Source of the DNA: an uncultured virus (IMG/VR IMGVR_UViG_3300032030_000052)
Lineage: Duplodnaviria > Heunggongvirae > Uroviricota > Caudoviricetes
Strand: one strand, 5' to 3'
IMG/VR virus record: IMGVR_UViG_3300032030_000052
Length of the DNA stretch: 64,000 nucleotides
In this document: positions 1 through 9,949 of the stretch, in pieces
How positions within the stretch are numbered: position 1 is the stretch's first letter
How the letters are laid out: the number at the start of each line of letters is the position of its first letter
The notes under the pieces: generated by a model
Databases searched by the model: none
Seen by the model: the letters and a program-made list of their open reading frames with translations, nothing else
What the model was told of the DNA's origin: nothing
Made by a program: the position numbers and the translations under genes

Positions 1-3000
1 TTCCAAGTATAAGAAGAGCATTGCCAACATCATCTCCGCCAATATGTGTTATCAGACTTAGACCAGCGGCTATGATAGCCACAGCAGTTCCCATAGAAAT
101 CATGGCTGCGGACATGGCTAGCAATGTTATCGACACTTTTACGAAATCATCAACGCCATTTGCCATGTTAGCGAGAAACAGTGTAGCAAGGAACAATGAA
201 CCAATTCCGGACAGTACTAACAGGTACGTCTCTGGTTTCACTTTATTTGTTTCTAGCATTGATACCGCGGCGGATATGATAATGCTCGCACCAGCAATAG
301 ACATGATGATAGCTGACATTCCAGCACCAATCGCACTTATCGTCGCTGCGGCGGCAAGGGCTCTGCCTGCTTTTACGTCAGTAGCCAGATTTAGTATGAC
401 TGCCATGCCCCCGATCATCGCTGCAAAAAGCACTATCACCAAACCAAAAGCATCGGACGGAATGGTTGAAATGATACTAAGGGCTCCCGATATTGACAAT
501 ATCGCTAAACCGAACGCCACAAACAATGCAGACATTGCAAACATGACTGCCGGGAGTTTCATAAGGGTCTTCTGGTCGATTTTCTGAAGTTCGCCTATTA
601 TGGCGTTCATCATTATTGTTAACACACCCATCATTCCGGCGAGCGCGAGAAATGCCTCACCGTTAGCTGCGTTACTTTTCTCAATTATGCCAAGTGCAAT
701 ACTAAGCAACGCTATAGAACCCGAAAATGCAAGCAATGCTATGGCTACGGAATATATGGTTTTGGCTAATCCAAACGCGGAAGATAAGGCGCCCATAGCA
801 CCTTTTATCGTCTTCTCTGATTCGGAAATGGTTTTTGAAGTTTTGGCCATCGCTTTTATGACTATCGCAATGACAATCATTACACCGACGGCTTTATAAA
901 GTTGGTCGTCTGGAATTTGTGAAAGGATTACAAGTGACAAAGCGACAATGGCTAATGAACCCGCAATAGATGTGATTTCCAAAACATTACCGGCGGATTC
1001 GACGGCATCACCCATGTTTTCAAAGAATTCGGATATGGATTTTGGGATCTTACCAATCGAAGCTATCACGCCAGACAATGATTTGATCGAGTCCATGAAG
1101 TCCGCAATGCCGATGACTGCTCCTGTGGCGATACCCATTTTGGCAACTTCACCCCATTTGATTCCCATTATACCATCAATAACGTTGTTAATGAAATCAG
1201 TAAATGTTCTAGGTGTTTCTTCGTTTCCATCAGTTATGCCACGCATACTATCGATAACTTCTTTTATACTAGAAAGAAGCGGGCTATCTTTAAGTGTTTT
1301 TGTATCTTCTCCAGTCAAGGCATCGTAAATGGTCGTAAATAGATTCTTAATAGTAGTGAAAAGCTTACTATCTTGAACCGAGGATATAAACGTCTTTATC
1401 TTCTCGATTCCAGCCGAAATGTACGGTGAAATAAAATTAAAGACACCTTTAATCTTATCAAATACATTTTTGACAATAGTGAATATTTTAGTAAAAACAT
1501 TTTGAATTTTTGATGCAGTTTTATCACTGACGATCAGTTTGGAACTCGCATCGGCGATCAGTTTCGTTAGACTTTTTGTTTTCGAAGAAACCGACGATAT
1601 ATTTATGTTGAATACGGATGCAAAAGCGTTTATAATTGGTTTTGCGACTTTTGCTATCGCGCGTCCAATATTTTTGGCGGCTGTCCACAAATCAGAAAGT
1701 GCACCAGTTATATTGTCAAGAATCGCTTTGAATTTTGCTTTCCGGACATCTCTCGCCACTTTTCCCTGCGATTTTGCTGCGGATTTCGATGCTTTGTCTA
1801 CTTTTATAGATGCTTTCTCGAAATCCCATCCAGCTGATATAACGGAGTCGATATATGCCTGAACATTTTTAGCATGCTTAGCACCTTTATCTCCTCCGCC
1901 GAACATCTCAGTAAGAACGTCGACACGTTTCTGACCGCTTCCATACATTCCTTTTAGAATGATGTCTTTTGCTGCCTGAGCTTCCTCAGCGCTAACTAGA
2001 AGCGTTTGCGTGGCATCGTTTATTGTGTCAGCCGCTTCTTCAGCAGACTCGCCATAGATTTCTTTAATAAGGTCAAAGAACTCTTTGATCTTGACTGTTA
2101 CAGAATCTACCTTCTCGACGATCTTATCAAACCAGCCGATATCGACTGACTTAATCATTGCTGAGAAAGCATCGATTCCGGACTGCCACATTTCAGAAAA
2201 ATGGTCTCCAAAAGTGACAGTACGACCTTCCATACCCTTGAGCATCTGGTCATAAGCCGTAGCACTCATGGTTATTCCGTCGTATTGCTTGCGTATTTCA
2301 TCAAGAGTACGTGGAACTTTAATGGATTTCAGCTTATTTTTGAACTCATCAATGCGTTCTGTGAGCGAAATAAAAAGAGTATTTGTTTTGTTAATGATTG
2401 GAGATGCAAAGATCTCACCAACTCTGGAAAGAGCTGCTTTCATGTTTCCGAGAGCACCCGTAAAGGTCTTATTAGCCTCTTTTGCGTGTGCACCGAAAGC
2501 ATCATCCATAGCAAAGGCAAAAGTCTGGAAATCGATCTTGCCTCTTGAGACCATGTCGCGAACTTCTTCTTCCGTGGTGTTAAGAACTTCAGCGAGTTTT
2601 GCCGCAGCATTCATGCCTCTGGAAGAAAGCTGAAGCAACTGATCGCCCATGAGACGACCATTACCGGCAACCGTAGTGAAGATTCGAGCAATATCCTCAT
2701 ATGAGGAGTTTGTCATCGCCGCGACACCAGAAATGGCTCGCAGTGATTTATGCATTGCCGTCAGATCTTGACCATTAACGGTATCAAGTGTCTTCTTGAA
2801 GTCGACTCCAGAAGCAGCCAGCTGAGAAGCCGCGGATGCCGCTGCGTCAAGACCATAAGCGGTGTCCTTAACACCGTAACTGACCGCCTTCTCGACTTCT
2901 TCCCACGCGAATCCGAGACCCTCAATCTGGAACTTGGCGTTCGCGATATTCATGGCTCTGGACCAACCACCAGACTTGATCTGACCGATGGTTGCTGCTT

Positions 3001-3292
3001 CGAGTTGCTTCACAGAACCGACGATGCCGTTTGTTATCTGTCCAATGACATTCATTCCGACAACGCCGAGAGTCGAGAATCGCCGTTCGATATTCACGAT
3101 TGCTCGTTCCATAGCAGCGAAGTTGACGTTATCGATGGAGCGCTGGATGTTATTACCGCCTTCAGTCGCGCCCTTGAGCTTGAGCTTCTCGTTGAGCTTA
3201 TCGAGCGTCGTCATCGTCTTTGCAGCATTTGACTCAAATTTGCTGTTGTCAAATCCCATTCTTACGATGCGATCGTCATAGCTTTTACTCAT
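1..3292 (-). CDS. tape measure protein (runs off left edge)
   Basis: Read manually from ATG at 3292 (MSKSYDDRIVRMGFDNSKFESNAAKTMTTLDKL...). Ala/Ile-rich, directly after tail genes. Absent from the ORF track, consistent with no stop inside the window. Confidence 0.9.
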   Translation of the reverse strand, partial: MSKSYDDRIVRMGFDNSKFESNAAKTMTTLDKLNEKLKLKGATEGGNNIQRSIDNVNFAAMERAIVNIERRFSTLGVVGMNVIGQITNGIVGSVKQLEAATIGQIKSGGWSRAMNIANAKFQIEGLGFAWEEVEKAVSYGVKDTAYGLDAAASAASQLAASGVDFKKTLDTVNGQDLTAMHKSLRAISGVAAMTNSSYEDIARIFTTVAGNGRLMGDQLLQLSSRGMNAAAKLAEVLNTTEEEVRDMVSRGKIDFQTFAFAMDDAFGAHAKEANKTFTGALGNMKAALSRVGEIFASPIINKTNTLFISLTERIDEFKNKLKSIKVPRTLDEIRKQYDGITMSATAYDQMLKGMEGRTVTFGDHFSEMWQSGIDAFSAMIKSVDIGWFDKIVEKVDSVTVKIKEFFDLIKEIYGESAEEAADTINDATQTLLVSAEEAQAAKDIILKGMYGSGQKRVDVLTEMFGGGDKGAKHAKNVQAYIDSVISAGWDFEKASIKVDKASKSAAKSQGKVARDVRKAKFKAILDNITGALSDLWTAAKNIGRAIAKVAKPIINAFASVFNINISSVSSKTKSLTKLIADASSKLIVSDKTASKIQNVFTKIFTIVKNVFDKIKGVFNFISPYISAGIEKIKTFISSVQDSKLFTTIKNLFTTIYDALTGEDTKTLKDSPLLSSIKEVIDSMRGITDGNEETPRTFTDFINNVIDGIMGIKWGEVAKMGIATGAVIGIADFMDSIKSLSGVIASIGKIPKSISEFFENMGDAVESAGNVLEITSIAGSLAIVALSLVILSQIPDDQLYKAVGVMIVIAIVIKAMAKTSKTISESEKTIKGAMGALSSAFGLAKTIYSVAIALLAFSGSIALLSIALGIIEKSNAANGEAFLALAGMMGVLTIMMNAIIGELQKIDQKTLMKLPAVMFAMSALFVAFGLAILSISGALSIISTIPSDAFGLVIVLFAAMIGGMAVILNLATDVKAGRALAAAATISAIGAGMSAIIMSIAGASIIISAAVSMLETNKVKPETYLLVLSGIGSLFLATLFLANMANGVDDFVKVSITLLAMSAAMISMGTAVAIIAAGLSLITHIGGDDVGNALLILG

Positions 3293-3678
3293 TACTTAGT
3301 CACTTCCTTCCAGATTGTATCTGCCATTTCTTTGAATATCTTCTCGGTTATCGGGGTTATGAAATCATTTGGGACAACATATCCACCGTTTCGAGTCGCA
3401 TGTCCGTATCGTATTAACACGACAATCGGAGTAGCGCCAATCATCGAACTATTTCGCCAGTAGATTGAGATCGTCCCTTTTTCATCGACTATCTCGTAGC
3501 TCCACGAAGCAGCGGTAACACCTGTATCTTTCGGGGTAGCTGCGGCAAGAAGCTCGACACCTTTTTCTCCGAAATGCTCCAAATACTTAACGAGGTTTTT
3601 CTTCTTAGTTCGTTTGAAGAAACCCTCAATATTCTTGAAGCTTCCGGAATGCTGAACAGTAATCATGCTTCTTGCCAT
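3292..3678 (-). CDS. tail/neck component (HK97 gp10-like)
   Basis: 128 aa with a TPKDTG motif. Stop overlaps the tape-measure start (TAATG). Confidence 0.7.
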   Translation of the reverse strand: MARSMITVQHSGSFKNIEGFFKRTKKKNLVKYLEHFGEKGVELLAAATPKDTGVTAASWSYEIVDEKGTISIYWRNSSMIGATPIVVLIRYGHATRNGGYVVPNDFITPITEKIFKEMADTIWKEVTK

Positions 3679-3693
3679 CAGGAACCTCCGTAA

Positions 3694-4236
3694 TCAATGT
3701 CTGCGTTTAGCTCTTCTCGCCATATTTGTAGCGTGATGGCTTCTCGCAGATTCAGCTTTGGACATCTTGCGGTCTTTGCTCGGCTTGTTTTCAATATTTG
3801 CAATACGAATAAGCATCAGCAAGCGACTAAGATGCCATTTCTGACATGGATCAAAAGGAATTTGCAGGGCAGTCATCCAGTAATATATCAGATCTGATGT
3901 GACGAACTTTGTGCTTTTCGGTTGCATCTTGTTTTCGTGTATAACCGCAGCGGTCATCGAATCGTCAATGTAGTCACGAATCTCCTTACGAATTTCCGGA
4001 GTGATTGCGAGATATACTGACGGATCGACGTTCTGTGTGATTGTCATACATTTGATATAATCATCGAATTCTTGCTCTGTATGTTCCTTGTTCAGAAATG
4101 GGACTTTCCACTTGGATTCCCATTTTGAAAGTGAGACCAAAGAGTGCTCTAAAGTAAGAGTGGTCTCTTTTGTATAGGTGATAAGATTCGTCACCGGATC
4201 ATGTAACATGACCGATGGAATCGTTATTTTCTTCAT
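3694..4236 (-). CDS. tail assembly-associated protein
   Basis: 180 aa, between tail chaperone and tape measure. Confidence 0.6.
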   Translation of the reverse strand: MKKITIPSVMLHDPVTNLITYTKETTLTLEHSLVSLSKWESKWKVPFLNKEHTEQEFDDYIKCMTITQNVDPSVYLAITPEIRKEIRDYIDDSMTAAVIHENKMQPKSTKFVTSDLIYYWMTALQIPFDPCQKWHLSRLLMLIRIANIENKPSKDRKMSKAESARSHHATNMARRAKRRH

Positions 4237-4245
4237 TCAACATCA

Positions 4246-4689
4246 TCACGCTTTTGCGATAGCAGGCGGATATGCATGACCGGCATTTGCTGCTTCGGAT
4301 GCAGCCGCTTCCTCACGAATTTTAGCCGGAATCACATTGTTGAAGAACTCCGCACCGACCTCAGGATTGTTGATAAACTCCATATAAAGCTCAGAATATG
4401 CCTGAGTCTGCTGGAACTCAAGAGCGAGCTTTCCGCGGACCGGATCCTCTTTGATGAATCGCTTACCGTCCGGAGATACCTCGCCGTACGTGATGAGAAT
4501 GAGCTTCTGGAAGAGTGCCATAACTTCCGGAACATTCTTACTCTCGATGATGCGCTTACCGTATTCAGCGAGACCGCCGTCCATAGAAGTCTGCATCTCA
4601 ACAAGCTCGGCTTCGGTGAGATTGAAATAGAATGTTTCTTCTCTCTCGTTACCGAGAAAATCTGTATATTTGATCTTTTTAGCGTACAT
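4246..4689 (-). CDS. tail assembly chaperone
   Basis: 147 aa directly after major tail gene, with RBS AAGGAGG. Confidence 0.7.
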   Translation of the reverse strand: MYAKKIKYTDFLGNEREETFYFNLTEAELVEMQTSMDGGLAEYGKRIIESKNVPEVMALFQKLILITYGEVSPDGKRFIKEDPVRGKLALEFQQTQAYSELYMEFINNPEVGAEFFNNVIPAKIREEAAASEAANAGHAYPPAIAKA

Positions 4690-4785
4690 TGTAAATCCTC
4701 CTTATGATTGACCTTTTCTCCTTGATAATTGATGACGGCGCGCGCCATGCCGTCGTTAGGGGTTGTATCATTGCATTTGAATAAT

Positions 4786-4812
4786 AAACACTGCGGCGCG
4801 CATACAGTGTTT
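4786..4812 (-). terminator. hairpin after major tail gene
   Basis: Inverted repeat aaacactg...cagtgttt followed on minus by a T-rich stretch. Confidence 0.5.
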
Positions 4813-4820
4813 AAGCCGGA

Positions 4821-5642
4821 TTAAGACTCGTCGCGCTTGTAGTACTGACCGGAAACAAACTCCGGAGTCTCATCCTGACGCGGAATGAGAGTGTACTTAG
4901 TTCCGTACTTGGTATAGTACTTCTCATAGTACTTGGTGTCCCAGTCAGACGGCTCAGAGGTGAGCGCAGTATAGGTGTAGTTACCGCCGAACATGGAGAT
5001 AACCTGTGCCGGAGTCGGCAGAGTAGAATCGTTTGTTGCGCTGCCCCAAATAAGGTCAAGCAGGGATTCCCAATCCGCCGGATCCATGAGATGCTTATAG
5101 AACGTCAGGTGAGAAGACGGCTTGAATCCCGGAACATTGACAGATGTGGTGCTGCACTCCCAAGAAAGCGGAGAAACATCCGGAGACTCGTTAACGGTCT
5201 CGTTATTTTTATCACTCGGGGATGCTGTAGCATTGTAGACGAGATGGAGCTCCTCAGAGAAGTCCATGCCCATGGTATCATTACCGATTGTATTGCAGTA
5301 TGCGATACCGAACGGCTTACGGTTCTGCTGATGGACCTTTACGCCCGGACCGATTGTCGCTGCACCGTCGCACTGATCGAACTGCTCCGGAGAAGTATAA
5401 GCCTCGATGGTAAAGCCGAACTGCTCTGCGGAACGGAACGTTGCATACTTTGCATCATTCGCATAGATATCGTTCGCCTCTGCGCCAGACGGAGATTCAT
5501 TGACAGCAGAAACGCCATCCCATGCTACACCGGAAGCATAACCGGTTTCAGCAGCGGAATCAGCAACGAACAGGACGACATTATGGATACCAAGAGTATA
5601 TTTCTTGTTACCGGTATCATCCCAAATAAGTCTCTGACTCAT
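4821..5642 (-). CDS. major tail protein
   Basis: GVAWDGVSAVNESPSGAEANDIYA motif typical of siphophage tail tube proteins; synteny. Confidence 0.85.
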   Translation of the reverse strand: MSQRLIWDDTGNKKYTLGIHNVVLFVADSAAETGYASGVAWDGVSAVNESPSGAEANDIYANDAKYATFRSAEQFGFTIEAYTSPEQFDQCDGAATIGPGVKVHQQNRKPFGIAYCNTIGNDTMGMDFSEELHLVYNATASPSDKNNETVNESPDVSPLSWECSTTSVNVPGFKPSSHLTFYKHLMDPADWESLLDLIWGSATNDSTLPTPAQVISMFGGNYTYTALTSEPSDWDTKYYEKYYTKYGTKYTLIPRQDETPEFVSGQYYKRDES

Positions 5643-5657
5643 GTTGTATATCCTCCT

Positions 5658-5963
5658 TTAGTAAGTTATTGTGAAAACCCAGTGATTGAGATTATCTGCG
5701 ACATACGGTCTTACGAAATTCGCAGTCGGAATCTGATTTACCTTATCCACAATGGGACTGTCAGGATCATAGTCAATCACTATGATTTCATATTGTTTTT
5801 GCGATGCGTAAACCCCGTCATCAGCATGTGTGTTATCGATATCAGATAACCGATAGCGGATGGCGGGGTACTGCATTTTAGCTGACGTCGGGGGCTGAAA
5901 ATAAACGTTACCGCTCCCAAGAATATTCTCAAGAAGCGCTTGAAGCGTTAAGCGATTACGCAT
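5658..5963 (-). CDS. tail terminator
   Basis: NVYFQPP...YPAIRY motif; position before major tail. Confidence 0.75.
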   Translation of the reverse strand: MRNRLTLQALLENILGSGNVYFQPPTSAKMQYPAIRYRLSDIDNTHADDGVYASQKQYEIIVIDYDPDSPIVDKVNQIPTANFVRPYVADNLNHWVFTITY

Positions 5964-6273
5964 TATAAACGCCCCCAATCGACAGAATCAACCGAGGGTA
6001 CGCAACATCAACTTTGGTGATGCGCCATTTAACCCCCATGTAGACTACATACTTCATGAACTGAAAATTCTCAAAGGCGTATTTGTTAGCCACAATGCTT
6101 ATCTGATTACTCAAGGTAAGCTCGTCGTTGGTCGTTTCGGATGTATCACGAGAACTGAAATGGCTACTAGGAACATCTCCATAGTATTCTTTTTCGACAA
6201 TCCGTTCAGACCAGACTCCCGGTTTCGAATTGTATTGCTCGGTAAATCCGATATTACCGTGAAACTTTGCCAT
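5956..6273 (-). CDS. head-tail stopper/connector
   Basis: 105 aa with GVKWRITKVDVAYPRLIL; synteny. Confidence 0.7.
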   Translation of the reverse strand: MAKFHGNIGFTEQYNSKPGVWSERIVEKEYYGDVPSSHFSSRDTSETTNDELTLSNQISIVANKYAFENFQFMKYVVYMGVKWRITKVDVAYPRLILSIGGVYNA

Positions 6274-6295
6274 TTTGAATTTTCACCTCACTTGT

Positions 6296-6703
6296 TTAGC
6301 CGCCGGGTGTATTATCGTTGTCGGCGGTTTCAACTGTCAGACCGCTAAGGCTATATGTCTTAGTGACGTCGTTATAACCTTCTTTGCTCGCCACGACGGT
6401 GATAGTCTGCGAGCTCTTGTCCGCTATACGACAAATGCAGATGCCGTCAGCATCCAGAACTCTCGGATTGGTGACGGTAACTGTGATCGTAACATCGTCA
6501 ACATCAGGAACGCTCGCGTGGATAGCGAGATAGTTACCGGAATCTTCGCCCGGATTGAATGCTGTCGAGTAGTCATCGATATACTTCAACGTACCAGTGA
6601 TGTCGTTTGTGCCGATCACGATATCGTCCTGAAGCTCATCGACTGTATACCCAAACAAATTCTCAGACGGATCGATGTCGACGTCGACGGTCAAGCCGCT
6701 CAA
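6296..6703 (-). CDS. beta-rich (Ig-like) domain, probably a -1 frameshift C-terminal extension of the major capsid protein
   Basis: TTG start without RBS overlaps the capsid stop. Slippery heptamer A-AAC-CCT at 6709-6703. Confidence 0.65.
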   Translation of the reverse strand: MSGLTVDVDIDPSENLFGYTVDELQDDIVIGTNDITGTLKYIDDYSTAFNPGEDSGNYLAIHASVPDVDDVTITVTVTNPRVLDADGICICRIADKSSQTITVVASKEGYNDVTKTYSLSGLTVETADNDNTPGG

Positions 6704-8631
6704 GGGTTTTCCGTCACGTCTTCTTCAAGTGCAATCGCAGACTTTGCCTTTGCGTTAGCGCCGGAGAGTCTGGTCTCGATGAGCTGCTGATACTTGTTGA
6801 AGTTGATGTCGAAGTCCTTGAAGCTGGTGATCTCGCCACCCTTGGTGGAGCCGACCTCATAGTCATCAAGGTCGATGAAGATGCCGAGGAGCTTCTTGGT
6901 CTTCTCGTCGTTGCCGACAGTGACAGTACGAGTCTTGTTCTCGAACTGCTCTGCGGTATAGATGTTACGGACATTCAGAGTACGAGCCAGATCGGAAACG
7001 CCATCATAGATGCGGCGACCATTGAGGTCACGAGCCAGCAGCATGACGTTGAGCAGGTGCGGAGTGCAGAAGAAGTCAACCTTACCAGAACCCTTATAGC
7101 CCTCACGAGCATACAGAGCCGCGGTAACGATTGCCTCTGCATAGATGTAGTTCTCGCCGAAGTTAGCCTCGGTGTTGGTGCCCTGAATCTCAGCACGAGC
7201 AGCCTCGATGTCGACATCAGCATGGATGGTGTAGATCTCGTCATCCAACCAGATCGGACGGATGTGATCATCGTGGATCTTGTGTGCATCATTGTCATCA
7301 CGATCATCGCCGACCATGATTGCGCATGCGAGCTCTTCGTTCAGGAGGAGCTTCAGGATGTCATACTGATACTTGACGATATCGAAATCGGTGATGTCGA
7401 TAACGCTGTCACGCGGGATCTCATCCAGCACGTAAACAGTCTGCGGATCGGTGGTTCTGTTCAGAAGCTTGAAGTTGCCGATGTTAGACTTCTTGCCGTT
7501 GTTCTTGGAGCGGTTGTAACCCTTACCTCTCAGATCTGCGGTGCCCTCGAGATCGCGGATATCAGTCTGACGGGTACGGATACGGCTGAACGGGCTCTTA
7601 CGGACACCATTCAGAACTGCGGTAACCCAGCCCTGATCTCTGGTGATGACTTCCGGTGCACCCGGGCGAACATCCTTATAATCCGGGAACAGATAACCCA
7701 TTGTCTCATCGTCCCAGCCATGAGCAAGAACGTCTTCGTTGTTCTGTGCAAAGATATCCATTGCGGTCTTCAGGGAGCCGACGGAGCTATTCTTTGCGAG
7801 CTTGATGATTTCGGCACCATCCTCGTGGGACAGGACGTCTGTGCGCTGAGTTGCAGCGTCTTCAAATGCGTTGTGCTTCACAGTATCTTCCTCCTCTTTC
7901 TTCTTGGAATTCTTTTCGCGCTCTTCCTCAAGAGCCTGCTCGACCGCGACGCCAACAATTGCAGCCATAACGGTCTGCTGTTTTTCGGTCATGCTGTCGA
8001 CAACATCCTGAACGGTTTCATCGTCAAGATTCTTGTCATCTGTCTTCTTAGATTCGACCTCTTCGGTCTTCTTGTCTTCATGCTCGAGAATCACATTCTC
8101 CACTCCTTTCGGTGCGTCTTCAGTTTTCACTTCTGCATTATCTTCGACAACGTCTTCGTGTGCGAGTTCGAGGTATTCACCGGTTGTGATTACGCCACCG
8201 TCATCCTCATCATCTCCGTGAGCGAAGACATCTTCGATTTTGGCGCCAGGATTTGCACCAGCCAGAACGAGAGAAACCTCAACGATCTTACCATGCATGA
8301 CATCGGCGCCATTGTGCTTCAAGTGACCGGCGTAGATGGACAGCGAATTAAGGTCTCGATTGCGGACTGCTTCTTTTGCCGCGAGACCCTGCTCACTGTT
8401 GTTGAACTTGCAATAAGCTCGTACACCTTCCGGCTCGTTCTTCAAAAGAGCGTGACCGAGAATGTGGAATACATCATCGTGATTGTGACCGTAACAGAGC
8501 GGAACGGTTGTGCCGTCCTGTGCAGCAAACGCATCACGACGAATGATTCGACCGTCGGAGCATCTGAGATCATTCTTAGTAGCCCAGCCGGCACAATCAT
8601 ATCTCACGCCGTTGACAACGAGATTTGCCAT
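6700..8631 (-). CDS. fused prohead protease / scaffold / major capsid protein (HK97 fold)
   Basis: N-terminal protease-like region (VPLCYGHNH, LSI, EVSLV...GANP), acidic linker, then capsid region; follows portal. Confidence 0.9.
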   Translation of the reverse strand: MANLVVNGVRYDCAGWATKNDLRCSDGRIIRRDAFAAQDGTTVPLCYGHNHDDVFHILGHALLKNEPEGVRAYCKFNNSEQGLAAKEAVRNRDLNSLSIYAGHLKHNGADVMHGKIVEVSLVLAGANPGAKIEDVFAHGDDEDDGGVITTGEYLELAHEDVVEDNAEVKTEDAPKGVENVILEHEDKKTEEVESKKTDDKNLDDETVQDVVDSMTEKQQTVMAAIVGVAVEQALEEEREKNSKKKEEEDTVKHNAFEDAATQRTDVLSHEDGAEIIKLAKNSSVGSLKTAMDIFAQNNEDVLAHGWDDETMGYLFPDYKDVRPGAPEVITRDQGWVTAVLNGVRKSPFSRIRTRQTDIRDLEGTADLRGKGYNRSKNNGKKSNIGNFKLLNRTTDPQTVYVLDEIPRDSVIDITDFDIVKYQYDILKLLLNEELACAIMVGDDRDDNDAHKIHDDHIRPIWLDDEIYTIHADVDIEAARAEIQGTNTEANFGENYIYAEAIVTAALYAREGYKGSGKVDFFCTPHLLNVMLLARDLNGRRIYDGVSDLARTLNVRNIYTAEQFENKTRTVTVGNDEKTKKLLGIFIDLDDYEVGSTKGGEITSFKDFDINFNKYQQLIETRLSGANAKAKSAIALEEDVTENP

Positions 8632-8665
8632 TTTGAATTTATTCCTCCTTTTGTTATTTCAGCTA

Positions 8666-9931
8666 TCACGGACCAGAGGCTAAGCTCTCAAGAGCATTCG
8701 TCGCGGATCCAGAGTCAGCCGTGGACTCTTCTTTTGGAACTGCTTCATTCAGGTTCCGGTTACGGAGTTCATCCGATTTCGGATCCTTAGACGGTTTCAT
8801 ACCTGCCGCCTGACGCATCTCATTCGGAGTCGCAATTTCGCCGCGAATGAGCTTATCAGACAGATCGGCAAGCTGTTCAACCGTAATAAGCTTGAACGGA
8901 TCGTGGAAGAACTTGATTGCGTGACCGCGAGTTCTAGCATTTTTGCTAAGGAATTTACGGGTCAGTTCCACAGTGATCGCAGAGAGGATCGGTTCGATCG
9001 TTCGGTTGTAGTAGTTAACCATCGCCTTCTCATCCGCAGAGCCGTCCAGAATTGCCTGAGTGAGACCTAGCTGGCTGTATAGCATGCTTGTTAGATACTC
9101 AATCTGACTCATAAGGTTGTTCTCTATCGGACGATTAAGCTGAATGATCTTCTCCGAAGCATCGGAGTAAGCAACGCCGTAAGGATTACTTACGAGTTGA
9201 TCCTCAAGCTGTTTTCTTCGTTTTTCCGCTCGGTCTTTTGCCATATCGGAGCGGGTAGCATAGGGCAACTGGATGATGAGATCCAGCTTTCCAGATGCAT
9301 TCCGATCGTCGATTGTATCGAGAAGCGCAAGTTTACGAACGAGTCGTTTGAGCGTTGAACTTGGCTCGTTCATTACGGCATACATTGGATTCTCGATAAT
9401 CGCAACTGCTTTCTTCGGAAAGTCAAGCTGTTCGTAGATCGACTTGCGATCGTTATAAACCTCGACGCGAACGTAATCAGAAAACCACTCAATGATTTTT
9501 CCGGTACGCATCGACTCGATATCGATCGATAGGTCCGCATCTTTTGGCTCATCATCGGTATCAATCGGGACAATTGCGACATAGCCCTCATCGAACATCG
9601 AAAGGACTATGTCTTGAATGAACGCCCGAGCTGTCTGGTCTTTGTTTGCTTCCAACGTCAGACAGGTATTTAAGCAGCTGTTTTTCGTCTCGAGATATCG
9701 ACCGTCAGCGTCTGTCAACACATGCTTAATATCGTTCTGGGCAACATCAAGAGCGATTCTGTTATAGATCGCTGTGATGATAGATCGGTCATTTCCGCGA
9801 CTTAATCGGACGCGGTCAGGACGATACGCCCATCCTGTTCCGAGATCTACATATTTCTTTGTCGGACTTCGACTCGTGAACGCATTCCAGGCATGTTTCA
9901 GCCAGGAGCCGAGACTGAAATTAGATTCCAT
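8666..9931 (-). CDS. portal protein
   Basis: 421 aa with C-terminal TPNEMR motif, between terminase and capsid. Confidence 0.9.
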   Translation of the reverse strand: MESNFSLGSWLKHAWNAFTSRSPTKKYVDLGTGWAYRPDRVRLSRGNDRSIITAIYNRIALDVAQNDIKHVLTDADGRYLETKNSCLNTCLTLEANKDQTARAFIQDIVLSMFDEGYVAIVPIDTDDEPKDADLSIDIESMRTGKIIEWFSDYVRVEVYNDRKSIYEQLDFPKKAVAIIENPMYAVMNEPSSTLKRLVRKLALLDTIDDRNASGKLDLIIQLPYATRSDMAKDRAEKRRKQLEDQLVSNPYGVAYSDASEKIIQLNRPIENNLMSQIEYLTSMLYSQLGLTQAILDGSADEKAMVNYYNRTIEPILSAITVELTRKFLSKNARTRGHAIKFFHDPFKLITVEQLADLSDKLIRGEIATPNEMRQAAGMKPSKDPKSDELRNRNLNEAVPKEESTADSGSATNALESLASGP

Positions 9932-9949
9932 TTTGAATTCGTCACCTCT

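Noticed and set aside
4230..4260. Tail chaperone G/GT frameshift
   Set aside because: No convincing slippery heptamer was found at the end of 4246-4689, and the next ORF has its own ATG.
21..9000. Long plus-strand ORFs (e.g. 6607-8790, 5091-5849, 21-587)
   Set aside because: Antisense shadows of clearly identifiable minus-strand structural genes, with no RBS or recognisable motifs. The same applies to other plus-strand ORFs except 17823-18578.
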